Assembly (NCBI GenBank): GCA_016931295.1
Contig: JAFGEZ010000004.1
Coordinates: 34,745-98,744, forward strand
DNA from: Candidatus Krumholzibacteriota bacterium
GTDB taxonomy: Bacteria; Krumholzibacteriota; Krumholzibacteriia; Krumholzibacteriales; Krumholzibacteriaceae
Reading direction: 5' to 3'
DNA length: 64,000 nt
This document shows, piece by piece, positions 28,244-38,752 of the stretch. Numbering within the stretch: position 1 is the first letter of the stretch; every line of letters begins with the position of its first letter. The notes under the pieces are model-generated. The model worked only from the letters and a program-made list of their open reading frames with translations, searched no databases and had not been told where the DNA came from. The translations under genes and the position numbers were made by a program.

Positions 28244-29752
28244 ATGCGAGGAGACATGAGACCGAACAGGCACACGATACGCCGCCGGCGGCGAGCCGCC
28301 GCGCTTCTTGCGATCGCGATCGCCGTCGCCGCCGCGCCGGGGGCGCGAGGGGCGGAGCAAATCGACCTCGCGCGGGCGCTCGAGATCGCCATGTCGAACA
28401 GTCCGACGATCAGGAGGCAGCAGAACGCCCTCGAGCGGAGCCAGGAGAATCTCAACCGGCAGCGTGCGCGCCTGCGCACGAGCTTCTCGCTCTCGGTGAC
28501 GCCGATCGACTACAGCGAGCGGACGAACTTCAACGAGCTCTTCTCGACCTTCTACGATACGCGGACGACAACGTCGTCGGGGACCTTCACGATCAGCCAG
28601 CCGATCAAGCTCACCGACGGCACCCTCTACCTCGCCGACAACCTCAGCTACCGCGATTCCTACAGCGGATTCACCGACGAGACGGACATCTCGTACAGCA
28701 ACAGCCTCAGCCTCAACTACCGCCAGCCCCTCTTCACCTACAACGCGACGAGGATGGATACGAGGCGGCTCGAGCTCGCCCTCGAGAACACCGAGCTCTC
28801 CTACGCGATCGCGGTGCTCCAGCTCGAGTCGAACGTGATGAACGATTTCTACGGGGTCTACAAGGCGGGCGAGGAGCTGGCGATCCAGGAGGAGCAGCTT
28901 GCCGCCAAGGAGGAGAGCTACGGGATCGCCCGGCAGAAGGCGGACGCGGGCCTGATGGCCCTCGAGGCCCTCTACCAGGAGGAGGTGGGGCTCGCCCAGA
29001 CCCGCTCGAGCATCGAGACGAGCCGGGTCACCTATCAGTCGCGCCTCGACGGCTTCAAGAGGCTGATCGGCCTCCCCATCGACGAGGAGATCGAGATCGC
29101 CGCCGATATCGGGTACGAGCCGGTCTCCGTCGATTACGAGCAGGCCCTCTCGTACGGGCTCTCCCATCGCATGGAGCTGCGCCAGCGGGCGATCGCCCTC
29201 CAAAGCGCGATGGACGACGTCGTCCAGGCGGGCGCGGACAACGAGTTCGAGGGCGCGCTCGAGCTCTCCTACGGCACCTTCGGAACGAGCGGCAAGCTGG
29301 CCGACGTCTACGACGAGCCGGAGAAAGACCGGGGCTTCGCGATCACCTTCGAGATCCCGATCTGGGACTGGGGGGCGAAGAAATCGGGGATCCGCGCCGC
29401 GGAGACGAGCCTGCGCGACGCCGAGATCGATCTCGAGGAGCTCAAGACGGACATCGTCATCGACATCCGCTCCGCCTGGCGCAACGTCGAGGCGGCGGCC
29501 CGCCAGATCGAGCTGAAGAAGATCGAGGTGCGCAACGCCCGGTTCACCTACGATATCGCCCTCGAGAACTACCGGAACGGCGACATATCGAGCTATGACC
29601 TCAGCCAGCAGCAGACGCAGTTCACGCAGGCGCGTCTCGACGAGACGCAGGCGCTCATCGACTACCGCCTCGCCCTGCTCGAGATGAAGATCACGTCCCT
29701 TTGGGATTTCGAGAAGGAACGCCCCGCCGTCGACGCGCGGGCGCTGCGTTGA
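28244..29752 (+). CDS. TolC-family outer membrane efflux protein
   Basis: 502 aa. Signal peptide, then paired coiled-coil/beta repeats typical of OMF proteins. Confidence 0.8.
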   Translation: MRGDMRPNRHTIRRRRRAAALLAIAIAVAAAPGARGAEQIDLARALEIAMSNSPTIRRQQNALERSQENLNRQRARLRTSFSLSVTPIDYSERTNFNELFSTFYDTRTTTSSGTFTISQPIKLTDGTLYLADNLSYRDSYSGFTDETDISYSNSLSLNYRQPLFTYNATRMDTRRLELALENTELSYAIAVLQLESNVMNDFYGVYKAGEELAIQEEQLAAKEESYGIARQKADAGLMALEALYQEEVGLAQTRSSIETSRVTYQSRLDGFKRLIGLPIDEEIEIAADIGYEPVSVDYEQALSYGLSHRMELRQRAIALQSAMDDVVQAGADNEFEGALELSYGTFGTSGKLADVYDEPEKDRGFAITFEIPIWDWGAKKSGIRAAETSLRDAEIDLEELKTDIVIDIRSAWRNVEAAARQIELKKIEVRNARFTYDIALENYRNGDISSYDLSQQQTQFTQARLDETQALIDYRLALLEMKITSLWDFEKERPAVDARALR

Positions 29753-29774
29753 ATCTCCGCGAAGAGAGGATGAG

Positions 29775-30848
29775 ATGACCCACAAAACCAGGACGTTGCA
29801 CGTGGCGGGGCTTCTCGCGGTCGCCGCGGCCCTTTTTCTCGCCTCCTGCGGCGGATCGGGGGATGAGGAGGCGACCGAGATCGCCGTATCCGTTTCCGTC
29901 GAGGAGATACGCCCCGGCTCGATAGAGACCTTCATCGAGGCGACCGGGACGGCGGCCGCGATCGGCGAGGCGCAGCTCCTCTCCGAGAAGGCGGGCAACT
30001 ACCGGCTGCTGAAGAACCCGGTTACCGGCCGGGCATGGGCGCCGGGGGACCGCGTGGAGGCGGGGGCGGCCCTCGTCCGGCTCGAGAATCCCGAGGAGGA
30101 GAACTCGATCGCGATCGACGCGAGGAAACTCGCGTTCGAGAACGCCGAGCGCGAGCTCGAGAAGCAGCGCTCCCTCTACGAGAAGGGGGGCGTGACCCTC
30201 ACCGAGCTCAACCAGGCGGAGGAGAACTGGCTCAACGCGAAGTACGCGTACGGGAACGCGCGGATCAATCTCGCCAAGCTCACCGTCACCTCGCCGATCG
30301 CCGGCGTGCTCACCTCCCTTCCGTACCGCACGCCCGGCGTGCGGGTCGACGCGGGGACGGAGATCGCGTCGGTCATGGACTTCCGGCGGCTCGTCCTCGA
30401 TGTCGCCCTGCCCGGGAAGGACCTGGATCGCGTGAAACGCGGGCTCGACGTTCGCGTGACGAGCTACGCCGTATCGGGGGACACGCTCGCCGGCACGGTC
30501 GAACGGGTGGGGCCGGCGATCGATCCGGCGACGAGGACCTTTGCCACGTCGATCGTCGTCGAGAACCCCGATCTCCGCTTCCGCCCGGGGATGTTCGTCC
30601 GGGCCGAGGTCGTCACGGCCCGCCGGGACAGCACGATCGTCATTCCGAAAAACATCATCCTCTCCCAGCGGGAAGGCAAGGTCGTCTACATCGTCGAGAA
30701 GGGGGCGGCGCGGAGACGCCGCCTCACGACGGGCCTCGAGAATCCCACCCACGTCGAGGTCGTCGACGGGCTCGCCGAGAACGAGCGGGTCGTCGTCAAG
30801 GGATTCGAGACGCTCCGCAACGGCGCCAAGGTGAAGATCGTCCGGTAA
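29775..30848 (+). CDS. efflux RND/ABC periplasmic adaptor (membrane fusion protein), lipoprotein
   Basis: 357 aa. Lipobox LFLASCGG. Biotinyl-lipoyl/beta-barrel MFP pattern (ITSPIAGVLTSL). Confidence 0.8.
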   Translation: MTHKTRTLHVAGLLAVAAALFLASCGGSGDEEATEIAVSVSVEEIRPGSIETFIEATGTAAAIGEAQLLSEKAGNYRLLKNPVTGRAWAPGDRVEAGAALVRLENPEEENSIAIDARKLAFENAERELEKQRSLYEKGGVTLTELNQAEENWLNAKYAYGNARINLAKLTVTSPIAGVLTSLPYRTPGVRVDAGTEIASVMDFRRLVLDVALPGKDLDRVKRGLDVRVTSYAVSGDTLAGTVERVGPAIDPATRTFATSIVVENPDLRFRPGMFVRAEVVTARRDSTIVIPKNIILSQREGKVVYIVEKGAARRRRLTTGLENPTHVEVVDGLAENERVVVKGFETLRNGAKVKIVR

Positions 30849-30873
30849 CCGGCCGGCGAGGGAAAGAACCCTG

Positions 30874-33800
30874 ATGAAAAGCATCGCGACATTCTCCGTG
30901 CGGCACCCGGTGGCGGTCGTCATGATCGCCCTCGGCATCCTTTTGCTCGGCTACATCTCCTTCACCCGTCTCGGGATCGACCTCTTTCCCGCCCTCGATT
31001 CCCCGCGGCTCTTCGTCGAGCTCGAGACGGCCGAGATGCCGCCGGGGGAGGTCGAGGAGCGCTTCGTCGAGGGGCTCGAGGCGGCGGCCTCCCAGCAGGC
31101 CGACGTCGTCCGGGTCACCTCGGTCACCCGCGTCGGCGCCTCGCGCGTCACCGTCGAGTACTCGTGGAGCGCCGACATGGACGAGGCGTTCCTCAACCTC
31201 CAGAAGGCGGTCACGCAGGTGTCGCGCATGGAGGACGTCGAGGAGCTCGTCATCACCCAGCACGATCCGAACGCCGAGCCGGTCGTCACCCTCGCCCTGC
31301 TGCACCCCGAGATCGACGACATGGACGTCCTTCGCCGCGCGGCCGAGTCGCACGTGCGCAGCGAGCTCGTCCGCATCGAGGGGATCGCCGAGGTGGAGAT
31401 CTCCGGCGACGAGGAGAGGGAGGTCGTCGTCGAGACCGATCCCTACCTCCTCGAGGCGTACGGACTGACGACGTCGGCGATCGCGAGCCGCATCGAGGCG
31501 ATGAACGCCGACGCGACGGGGGGCTCGATCGTCGAGCTGGGGCGCGAGTACGTGATCAGGGGCATGGGGACCTTCGAATCGATCGAGGACATCGAAAACG
31601 CCGTCGTGACCTACGTTTCGCCGGAGGCGGCCGCGGGAGGCGGCGCCCCGGCGGGGAATGCCGCGGCGGGGTCGACAGGCCGGGTGCCCGTCTACCTCGA
31701 GGACGTCGCACGGGTGAGTTTGCGCAACCGCGACCCGGAGAGCATCGTCCGCGTCGACGGCAGGCGCTGCGTGGGGCTCGACGTCTACAAGGAGACGCGG
31801 TTCAACACGGTGCAGGCGGCGCGGGCCGTGATCGGGGAGCTCGACGGCCTCCGCGCGGGCCTCCCCGGCTACGAGCTCGTCGTCGTCCGCGACCAGGGGG
31901 CCTACATCACGGGGGCGATCGACGAGGTCAAGCAGGCCCTCCTCTTCGGGATCCTTCTCGCCGTGGCCGTCCTCTACGTCTTCCTCCGCCGCATCGGCAC
32001 CACGGCGATCGTCTGCGTGGCGATACCGATATCGATCGTGGCCACCTTCAATCTCATGTACTTCACGGGCCTCACCCTCAACATCATGACGCTCGGCGGT
32101 CTCGCCCTCGGGGCGGGCATGCTCGTGGACAACGCGATCGTCGTCGTCGAGAACATCCTGCGCCGGCGGGAGGAAGGGAAGGGGGCCGGCGAGGCGGCGA
32201 TCGAGGGGACGAGCCAGGTGGCCGGGGCCATCACCGCCTCGACGATCACGACGATCGTCGTCTTCCTGCCGATCGTCTACCTGCACGGCGCGGCAGGCGC
32301 CCTCTTCCGCGAGCAGGCGTGGACGGTCGCCTTCGCCCTCGTCTCCTCCCTCGTCGTGGCGGTCCTCATCATCCCGATGCTCGCCGGCCGTTTTCTCCGG
32401 GGCGGCCCGGCGGCGGCGCCGCGATCGATCCGCTTCGGCGGCTACGGGCGCCTGCTCGGCGCGCTCCTCGACAGGCGCCGTCTCGTCATCGGCCTCGCGG
32501 CGCTCCTCGTGGCCGGCGCGGCGGCGCTGCTGCCTTTCGTCGGGAGCGAGTTCATCCCCGGCTCCGGGACGGGCGAGTACACCCTCGAGCTCACGCTTCC
32601 CGAGGGAACGACCCTCGCGCGGACGGCCGCGGCGGTCGAGACGGTCGAGGAAATGATCCGCGAGCGGTTCGGCGACGAGGTGACCTCGATCTACAGCCGG
32701 GTCGGTCCCGGAACGGGGATGATCCGCACCGAGACGTCGGTCTTCGAGGACGAGAACACCGCGGTGATCCGGATCGTTACGGCCGCCGGCGGCGAGGCGG
32801 CGAGCGGGATGACCGCGGCGATCGACGCGATGATCGGGGACATCCCCGAGGTGGATGGGCGGTTCGTCCAGGACCGCTCGGCCCTCCAGACGACGCTCGG
32901 CACGGAGTCCTCGCCCGTCGTCGTCGAGGTGCGGGGGCCCGATCTCGACGTTCTCGCCGATCTCGCCCGGTCGATCAAGGAGATCCTCGCGGCGATCCCC
33001 GGGCTCGCCAATGTCGCGACGAGCTTCGAGGAAGGGCGGCCCGAGGTGCGCGTGGCCGTCGACCGCCGCCGCGCGGGGCACTTCGACGTCGACGTGGGCT
33101 CGATCGCCTCGCAGCTGCGCAACCGCCTCGACGGCACCGACGCCGGCGAGTGGGAGAGCGGGGGCGAGGAGACGCCCATCGTCCTCCGCCAGCCCGACGT
33201 GGGGATCGACGGTCTCGGCGACATCGTCCTCGAGGGGGCGGGCGGCGGGGAGGTGCGCCTCGTCGAGGTCGCCGACATCGGTCTCGGGCAGGCGCCGCGC
33301 GAGATACGCAGGCGCGACCAGGAGCGCGTCGGGCGGGTCACGGCCGACCGGTCCGACGACCGCGCCTTCGACCGTCTCGTGGCGGGGGTGCGCGAGCGCA
33401 TCGCCGCGGACGTCGACCTGCCGCCGGGATACCGCCTCGAGATCACCGGCGAGGAGCTGCTGCGGCAGGAGAGCTTCCGGTCGCTCCGCTTCGCCCTCGT
33501 CCTCTCGGTCGTCCTCGTCTACATGGTCCTCGCAGCCCAGTTCGAATCGCTCCGCCACCCCTTCACGATCCTGCTGACGATCCCGCTCGCCGGCGTCGGG
33601 GCCGTCTTCGCCTTCCTCCTCCTCGGGCGGACGCTGGACGTGATGGCCTACATCGGGATCATCATGCTCGCGGGGATCGCCGTGAACGACTCGATCATCC
33701 TCGTCGACGCGATCGGCGGACTCCGGCGCGGCGGGATGTCGATACGGGACGCGATCGTCGAGGCGGGGGTCCGGCGGATCAGGCCGATCGTCATGACGAG

Positions 33801-33975
33801 CGTGACGACGATCCTCGCCCTCCTCCCCCTCACGCTGGGATTCGGGGAGGGCGCCTCGCTGCGCGCCCCGATGGCGGTGGCAGTCATCGGGGGGCTCGTC
33901 ACCTCGACCCTCCTGACCCTCGCCGTGATCCCCTGCGTCTACCACGTCATCGACGGCCTCGGAAGGGGTGAATAG
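30874..33975 (+). CDS. RND family efflux transporter (AcrB/CzcA-like)
   Basis: 1033 aa. 12-TM RND architecture with two large periplasmic loops. GGAITASTITTIVVFLPI and similar motifs. Confidence 0.9.
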   Translation: MKSIATFSVRHPVAVVMIALGILLLGYISFTRLGIDLFPALDSPRLFVELETAEMPPGEVEERFVEGLEAAASQQADVVRVTSVTRVGASRVTVEYSWSADMDEAFLNLQKAVTQVSRMEDVEELVITQHDPNAEPVVTLALLHPEIDDMDVLRRAAESHVRSELVRIEGIAEVEISGDEEREVVVETDPYLLEAYGLTTSAIASRIEAMNADATGGSIVELGREYVIRGMGTFESIEDIENAVVTYVSPEAAAGGGAPAGNAAAGSTGRVPVYLEDVARVSLRNRDPESIVRVDGRRCVGLDVYKETRFNTVQAARAVIGELDGLRAGLPGYELVVVRDQGAYITGAIDEVKQALLFGILLAVAVLYVFLRRIGTTAIVCVAIPISIVATFNLMYFTGLTLNIMTLGGLALGAGMLVDNAIVVVENILRRREEGKGAGEAAIEGTSQVAGAITASTITTIVVFLPIVYLHGAAGALFREQAWTVAFALVSSLVVAVLIIPMLAGRFLRGGPAAAPRSIRFGGYGRLLGALLDRRRLVIGLAALLVAGAAALLPFVGSEFIPGSGTGEYTLELTLPEGTTLARTAAAVETVEEMIRERFGDEVTSIYSRVGPGTGMIRTETSVFEDENTAVIRIVTAAGGEAASGMTAAIDAMIGDIPEVDGRFVQDRSALQTTLGTESSPVVVEVRGPDLDVLADLARSIKEILAAIPGLANVATSFEEGRPEVRVAVDRRRAGHFDVDVGSIASQLRNRLDGTDAGEWESGGEETPIVLRQPDVGIDGLGDIVLEGAGGGEVRLVEVADIGLGQAPREIRRRDQERVGRVTADRSDDRAFDRLVAGVRERIAADVDLPPGYRLEITGEELLRQESFRSLRFALVLSVVLVYMVLAAQFESLRHPFTILLTIPLAGVGAVFAFLLLGRTLDVMAYIGIIMLAGIAVNDSIILVDAIGGLRRGGMSIRDAIVEAGVRRIRPIVMTSVTTILALLPLTLGFGEGASLRAPMAVAVIGGLVTSTLLTLAVIPCVYHVIDGLGRGE

Positions 33976-34006
33976 ACCGGCCGCGCCCGCGGCGCGCCGC
34001 CAGCCG

Positions 34007-37000
34007 ATGAGCATCATCGAGGGCGCCATCCGGCGCAGGACACTCGTCGCCATGATCTTCACCGGGGCGGTTCTCCTCGGCGTCGTCTCGTGGCGGCAGC
34101 TCCCCGTCGAACTCATCCCGAGCATGGAACTGCCGATGCTCGTCGTGAGCGTCTCGAGCCGCGCCTCCGCCGACCCCGAGACGATCGAGCGCCAGGCCGT
34201 GCTCGCCGTCGAGGGGGCGATCGGCACCCTCGAGGGGATCGAGAGCATCGAGACGCGCATCCGGCAGCGGAGCGCCGGGATCATGATCTCCTACCTCCAG
34301 GGCACGGACATGAAGTACGCCTACCTCCGGCTCGAGGAGAAGGTGAACCTCGTCCGCGCCTCCCTGCCGGACGGCTACGACGTCGCCGTTTCCGCGCCGC
34401 TGGACTTCTCGATGGCCGACGAGCAGCTCATGACCCTCCAGGCGCTCGGCGAGGGGGGCGTCGACCGGGTGCGCAGCGTCGTCGAGCAGCGGGTCGTCTC
34501 CCGGATCGAGGGGGTCGACGGCGTGGCCGCGGTCGGCGTGGCCGGGGGGAGCGAGGAGGCGGTCGAGATCCTCCTCGACGAGACGGCCTGTCTCGCGGTC
34601 GGCGTGACCGCCGCCGACGTCGCCGCGATCGTCAACGGCGGCGGCCCGAGCGACGCATTCGTCGGGCTCGCCGTCGACGGGGCCGAGCGGTGGTTCGTGA
34701 CGGTCTCCTCGTCGTACGAAGACGTCCGCGACATCGAGGATCTCGTCGTCCGCGGCGAGGGGGACGTCCGCCTCGGGGACATCGCGGAGATCAGGCTCGG
34801 GGCGAAGGAGGAGACGAGCATCAGCCGGGTGAACGGCAAGGACGCCGTCACGATCACCGTCACCCGCGAGAGCCAGGTCAACATCATCGACCTGTCCGGG
34901 CGCGTCCAGAAGACGATCGGCGAGATCAACCGCGATCTCGCCTCCCTCGGCGTCGAGCTCGCCGTCGAGACGGACGCGGCCGAGGCGATGCGGGAGAACG
35001 TCGATCTCGTCGTCCAGCTCGCCGTCGTCGGGGGGCTCTTCGCCGTCCTCGTCCTCTGGATGTTCCTCGGCAACGTCCGGCTCGTCGCCACGATCGCGCT
35101 GGCGATCCCCGTGTCCATCCTCGCGGCCTTCAACTTCTTCTACGCCGCCGACATCTCGATCAACCTCTTCACCCTCGTCGGGCTCGCGCTCGTCGTGGGA
35201 ATGCTGCTCGACAACAGCATCGTCGTCCTCGAGAACATCTACCGGCACCTCTCGTTCAACCGCGGCGACGTGACGGCCGCCGTTGCCGGGGGCACCGGCG
35301 AGGTCTGGCGGTCGATCCTCGCCGCCACGCTCACGACCGTCACCGTCTTTCTCACCTTCGTCTTCTCGGAGAGGATGGAGATCCGCCTGCTCGGCACCCA
35401 CCTCTCCGTCTCGGTCGTCTCCACCCTCCTCGTCTCCCTCGTCGTGGCCCTGCTCCTCGTGCCCGTCGTGACCCACGGCTTCCTCTCGCGCCGCGGCGGC
35501 GTCGACCACGCCCGTTTCCGCATCGTCACCAGGCGGAACCGGCTGATGCAGGCCTACACGACGCTCCTCAAGACGGCGCTGCGCCACCCGGCGCGGACGA
35601 TCGTTCTCGCCGTCGTCGCCTTCTTCTTCTCGCTCGCCCTCGCCATCGGCATGACGGCGGCTTCGGCCCCGGAAGAGGAGCCGAACCAGATCGACGTCTA
35701 CGTGACGATGCCGGAGGGGACGACGCTCGAGGCCACCGACGCGGCCATCGCCGACGTCGAGCAACGCCTCTCCGATCTCCCCGAGCGGGAACAGCTCCTC
35801 ACGCGCGTCGAGGCGGGGAGCGCGATGCTGCAGATCGACCTGAAGGAAGGCTACTGGGAGGAGCGGCGCTACACCTACGCGGCCGTCAAGGAGGACGTCA
35901 AGAGCCGCACGGACGAGCTGCGGGGCGGCGATGTCTCTATCGGCGAGAATCCCTCGGCCACGGGCTATCACGTGGTCGGCGGGGGAGGCGGCGGCGCGGG
36001 GGGCGCCGGGGGTCTTTTGGGCGGAGCGGCGACAACGGAGGAGATCCACGTGGAGGGGGACGATTTCGGCGTGCTGATGAACGTCGCCGAGGATCTCGTC
36101 TCCTACCTCGAGGACCTCTCGACCGTCTCGTCTGCCTCGCACGACGCGAGCGAGAACAGCCCCGAGCTGCACCTCTTCTTCGACGACGCCGTCGCCGGCG
36201 ACCGGAACGTGGCCCTCTCCGGGATCAGGCGGGAGCTCGCGGCCTTCACCGACGAGTACGGCGCCTCGGCCGTCCTCCATCGCGCGGGGGAGCGCATACC
36301 GATCGTCATCCGCACGGACGAGGTGGCGGCCGAGGGGGGCTCGGCGGGCAAGACGATCGACGAACTCCGCAGTCTTTCCGTGGCGACCTCGGACGGCGGC
36401 ACGGTGGAGCTCGGACAGATCGCCCGCTTCGTCTACGCCTTCGGCACGCCGCGGATCAACCGCTTCAACCAGGAGAAGCGCGTCACCGTGCGCTACGACT
36501 TCGCCTCGGAGGTCATGCAGTCCCGATCACTCCTCGGCGCGGCTCGCGGCGAGGTGGACGAACTCGTCGCGGGGCTCCGCCTCCCCGACGGCGTCGCCCT
36601 CGACATCGTCCACGGCGATCCCGAGTACCGCGAGTTCCTCTTCCTGATTTTCGTCGCCTTCATCCTGATCTACATGATCCTCGCCGCCGTCTTCGAGTCG
36701 CTCACCGCCCCGCTCGTCATCCTCTTCACGATCCCCCTCGCCGGCGTCGGGGCCTTCGTCCTGCTCATCCTCACCGGAACCCCCCTCGTCTCGATGTACA
36801 CGATGACCGGGCTCCTCATCCTCCTCGGCGTCGTCGTCAACAACGGGATCATCCTCATCGACTATACGCGGATACTGCGCGGGCGGGGATACCGCCGCGC
36901 CCGCGCGCTCATGACGGCGGGGCAGGCGCGCCTCCGGCCGATCATGATCACGGCGGTGACGACGATCGTCGGCATGATCCCCCTCGCGATGGGGAAGATC

Positions 37001-38752
37001 GAGCAGGCGACGATCCTCGGCGCTCCCTTCGCGATCACGATCATCGGCGGGCTCGCCTTCGGGACGGTCTTCACGCTCGTCCTCATACCGGTCGCCTACT
37101 CGGGGCTCGAGAACACGCTCGAGTGGATGCATCGCCGGGACCGGCGGCTCGTTCTGCTGCAGGCCGTCCTCTTCGCCGGCGGCGTCTGGCTCGCCTGGGC
37201 GCGGATCGACTCGCTCCTCTGGCGGATCGCCGCGATCTTCTCCCTGCTCTTCCTCGTGCCGGGATGCACCTGGTTCGTTCTGGCGAGCCTGCGACGGGCG
37301 CGGGCCGAGCTCGTTCCCGCGGAAGACGAGGTGGTCGTCAGCGTGCGCAACCTCGCCAAGGATTACGAACGGCCCACGCGCTTCGTCCGCGAGTGGCGCA
37401 AGGGGGCGCGGATCGCCGGCGAGAACGGCGGCGGGACGTCCACGTCGCGCATCCCCGGCGGGCTTCGCTGGGAGGCGCCGCTGCTCGCGTTCGCCGCCTA
37501 CTTCGTCTACGTCTACCTCGTGTCGGGCTTCTGGATATTCCTCCTCTCCCACGCCGTCTGGGCACTGGCGTGGCGCGCCTGGCGGTCGATCGAAACCGGT
37601 CTCGCCGCCCGGAGCGCGAGCGGCGAACGGATCGACCGCCTCTTTCGCGAGCTCCTCCTCTGGGCGTTCCCGGCGGCGAACCTCGTTTTCTTCTGGACGC
37701 GTTGGGAATCGCGGGCCGCCGTCGTCTTCGCGGCCGTCCTCTGGTTCGGCGCCCTCGGCGTGTACGCGCTCGCCGGGCGGGTGCGATCGGGACGCGTCGA
37801 CTTCGATCTCATCGTCGGCCGTTTCGCCGGGATCCGGCTCGCCGTCTACCGAGCCGTCTGGGCGCTGCCCCTTCTCGGACGGCCGCGGCGGCCCTTCCGG
37901 GCGCTCGGCGGCGTCTCGATGGAGATCGGCCGGGGGATGTTCGGTCTGCTCGGCCCGAACGGCGCGGGGAAGACGACGCTCATGCGTGTCGTCTGCGGGA
38001 TTCTCGAGCAGAGCTACGGCAAGGTCTTCATCAACGGGATCGACACGGCGGAGCGTCGCGAGGAGCTCCAGGGTCTCATCGGCTATCTCCCGCAGGAGTT
38101 CGGCACCTACGAGAACATGACGGCGCGCGAGTTCCTCGACTACCAGGCGATCCTCCGCGGGCTCGTCGATCGCGACGCCCGCGACGCGCGGGTCGACTAC
38201 GTCCTCGGGGCGGTCCACATGGACGAGCACGCCAACCGGCGGATCGGCGCGTTCTCCGGGGGGATGAAGCAGCGGATCGGGATCGCCCAGACCCTGCTCC
38301 ACCTGCCGCGGATCCTCGTCGTCGACGAGCCCACCGCGGGGCTCGACCCGCGCGAGCGGATCCGTTTCCGCAACCTCCTCGTCGAGTTGAGCAGGGAGCG
38401 GGTGGTCATTTTCTCGACGCACATCATCGAGGACATCTCGAGCTCGTGCAGCCTGGTGGCCGTCCTGAGCGAGGGGCTTCTCCGCTACCTCGGCGAACCG
38501 GCACGGATGACGGAGAGGGCCGAGGGGCGCGTGTGGATGGTGACGGTGCCCCCCGCCGAGTTCGAGGCGCTCCTCGCCCGCCACCGCGTCGTGCATCACA
38601 TGCGCGACGGGGCGATGGTGCGCGCGCGGGTCCTCGCCGGGGAGAAGCCCCACGCCGCGGCGGAGCGGGCCCGGCCGAGCCTCGAGGACGCCTACATCTG
38701 GCTGCTTCGCGGGAGCGGCGCGGAAGGGAGTCTGCCCCATGCCGGCAGGTAA
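34007..38752 (+). CDS. RND efflux transporter fused in frame to a TM linker and ABC nucleotide-binding domain
   Basis: Single uninterrupted reading frame of about 1580 aa (track ORF 33968..38752; likely ATG 34007). Residues about 1-1050 form a complete RND pump. They are followed by about 6 hydrophobic helices, then a full ABC NBD (GPNGAGKTT, FSGGMKQRIGIAQ, VVDEPTAGLD, STHIIEDI) paralogous to 23946..24830. Overlaps the downstream permease gene by 14 nt. Confidence 0.7.
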   Translation: MSIIEGAIRRRTLVAMIFTGAVLLGVVSWRQLPVELIPSMELPMLVVSVSSRASADPETIERQAVLAVEGAIGTLEGIESIETRIRQRSAGIMISYLQGTDMKYAYLRLEEKVNLVRASLPDGYDVAVSAPLDFSMADEQLMTLQALGEGGVDRVRSVVEQRVVSRIEGVDGVAAVGVAGGSEEAVEILLDETACLAVGVTAADVAAIVNGGGPSDAFVGLAVDGAERWFVTVSSSYEDVRDIEDLVVRGEGDVRLGDIAEIRLGAKEETSISRVNGKDAVTITVTRESQVNIIDLSGRVQKTIGEINRDLASLGVELAVETDAAEAMRENVDLVVQLAVVGGLFAVLVLWMFLGNVRLVATIALAIPVSILAAFNFFYAADISINLFTLVGLALVVGMLLDNSIVVLENIYRHLSFNRGDVTAAVAGGTGEVWRSILAATLTTVTVFLTFVFSERMEIRLLGTHLSVSVVSTLLVSLVVALLLVPVVTHGFLSRRGGVDHARFRIVTRRNRLMQAYTTLLKTALRHPARTIVLAVVAFFFSLALAIGMTAASAPEEEPNQIDVYVTMPEGTTLEATDAAIADVEQRLSDLPEREQLLTRVEAGSAMLQIDLKEGYWEERRYTYAAVKEDVKSRTDELRGGDVSIGENPSATGYHVVGGGGGGAGGAGGLLGGAATTEEIHVEGDDFGVLMNVAEDLVSYLEDLSTVSSASHDASENSPELHLFFDDAVAGDRNVALSGIRRELAAFTDEYGASAVLHRAGERIPIVIRTDEVAAEGGSAGKTIDELRSLSVATSDGGTVELGQIARFVYAFGTPRINRFNQEKRVTVRYDFASEVMQSRSLLGAARGEVDELVAGLRLPDGVALDIVHGDPEYREFLFLIFVAFILIYMILAAVFESLTAPLVILFTIPLAGVGAFVLLILTGTPLVSMYTMTGLLILLGVVVNNGIILIDYTRILRGRGYRRARALMTAGQARLRPIMITAVTTIVGMIPLAMGKIEQATILGAPFAITIIGGLAFGTVFTLVLIPVAYSGLENTLEWMHRRDRRLVLLQAVLFAGGVWLAWARIDSLLWRIAAIFSLLFLVPGCTWFVLASLRRARAELVPAEDEVVVSVRNLAKDYERPTRFVREWRKGARIAGENGGGTSTSRIPGGLRWEAPLLAFAAYFVYVYLVSGFWIFLLSHAVWALAWRAWRSIETGLAARSASGERIDRLFRELLLWAFPAANLVFFWTRWESRAAVVFAAVLWFGALGVYALAGRVRSGRVDFDLIVGRFAGIRLAVYRAVWALPLLGRPRRPFRALGGVSMEIGRGMFGLLGPNGAGKTTLMRVVCGILEQSYGKVFINGIDTAERREELQGLIGYLPQEFGTYENMTAREFLDYQAILRGLVDRDARDARVDYVLGAVHMDEHANRRIGAFSGGMKQRIGIAQTLLHLPRILVVDEPTAGLDPRERIRFRNLLVELSRERVVIFSTHIIEDISSSCSLVAVLSEGLLRYLGEPARMTERAEGRVWMVTVPPAEFEALLARHRVVHHMRDGAMVRARVLAGEKPHAAAERARPSLEDAYIWLLRGSGAEGSLPHAGR

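Noticed and set aside
24805-29998. Minus-strand ORFs 24805..28479 (1224 aa) and 27833..29998 (721 aa)
   Set aside because: Antisense to the ABC permease fusion and TolC genes. Translations are almost pure R/G/E/P/D/A. GC artefact.
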